The position numbers and the translations under genes are program-made. From Tubiluchus corallicola (Eukaryota > Animalia > Priapulida): a stretch of DNA of 36,887 nucleotides. Shown here piece after piece: positions 36,298 through 36,887 of this stretch; position 1 is the first letter of the stretch; each line of letters begins with the position of its first letter. The stretch is taken from the NCBI GenBank assembly GCA_030141605.1, contig JAQGDQ010001514.1, positions 1 to 36,887 of the forward strand, in the 5' to 3' direction. The notes beneath the pieces were generated by a model that did no database searches, had not been told where the DNA came from, and worked only from the letters and a program-made list of their open reading frames with translations.

Positions 36298-36887
36298 GTT
36301 AATGTTTTGTATACAAATGCAGATAAATTCTTAAACAAGAGACAGGAATTAATTACAAAATTATTTCACGATTCTACGCTTTATCATGTAGTTGCATATA
36401 CGGAAGTGAACTCTAAATCTGGTGAAAATTACATAGAGAAAACTGAGTTAACAATCCCGGGTTATAATATACCTATTTATAACTCTTGTGGCCGTGGCGT
36501 AGTTATATACGTTCATCAGAGTATTGACTTTTTTGAACTACATTGTAAATATTTCAAGTGTGCAGTATGTGTAAAAATTAAACTTCAAGAGAATCAAAGT
36601 TTATGTATTCTCTTGATATACAGAAGTCCATCCTCAACAATCAGTGTTAATGCTAATCTTATTAAACTGATTTCATATCTGTGTGACTCTCACAAATCAA
36701 ATATCTGTATTCTGGGTAACTTTAATTTATCAGGAATTGATTGGCAATTGGAGTTTTCCAATAATGCTGTTGAAAATGAGTTTTTAGAATGCTTTGAGTT
36801 GAACTTGTTATCTCAACACGTGAAATCTGCAAAATGCTATGGCATTGGCAATGAACCATCTTTACTTGATCTAGTTTTTACTGAACA
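36298..36887 (+). mobile_element. CR1-clade LINE AP endonuclease, open to the window end (not in the ORF track)
   Basis: VLYTNADKFLNK, VAYTEV, IPGY, GRGVVIYV, IYRSPS, ILGNFNLSGIDW, LSQHV, PSLLDLVFT; no stop from 36298 to 36887. Confidence 0.9.

Noticed and set aside
1-36887. CRISPR arrays, tRNA or rRNA genes, paired LTRs
   Set aside because: No repeat-spacer periodicity, cloverleaf or rRNA signature, or paired direct TG...CA repeats were seen by eye. tRNAscan-SE, Infernal and LTR finders were not run.

Overview
AT-rich animal genomic DNA, probably from an invertebrate, with GT-AG introns and many decayed transposons. It is not prokaryotic, so the ORF track is only partly informative. (1) One apparently intact spliced gene lies on the minus strand: a 7-exon GT8 glucoside xylosyltransferase (GXYLT/Shams-like, about 365 aa, 33092 to 13703). 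All splice phases are compatible, and several catalytic and acceptor motifs are divergent. (2) The left 7 kb is a large inverted repeat (1-1936 vs 5086-7036; outer 351 bp identical, inner part about 85-90% by eye). Its loop holds a truncated FkbM/Star-like methyltransferase, pieces of GT31 galactosyltransferase-like genes and a decayed piggyBac. The arms run into an Academ-like transposase remnant, and a further GT31 C-terminal half follows. (3) A CR1/L2-group LINE (ORF1, then PHD-APE-RT ORF2; frameshifted and 3'-truncated) sits antisense in intron 1 of the GT8 gene. Remnants of BEL/Pao, piggyBac, Penelope, hAT-like and other LINE elements and several microsatellites are also present. All family assignments come from motif recognition by eye; no database searches were run.
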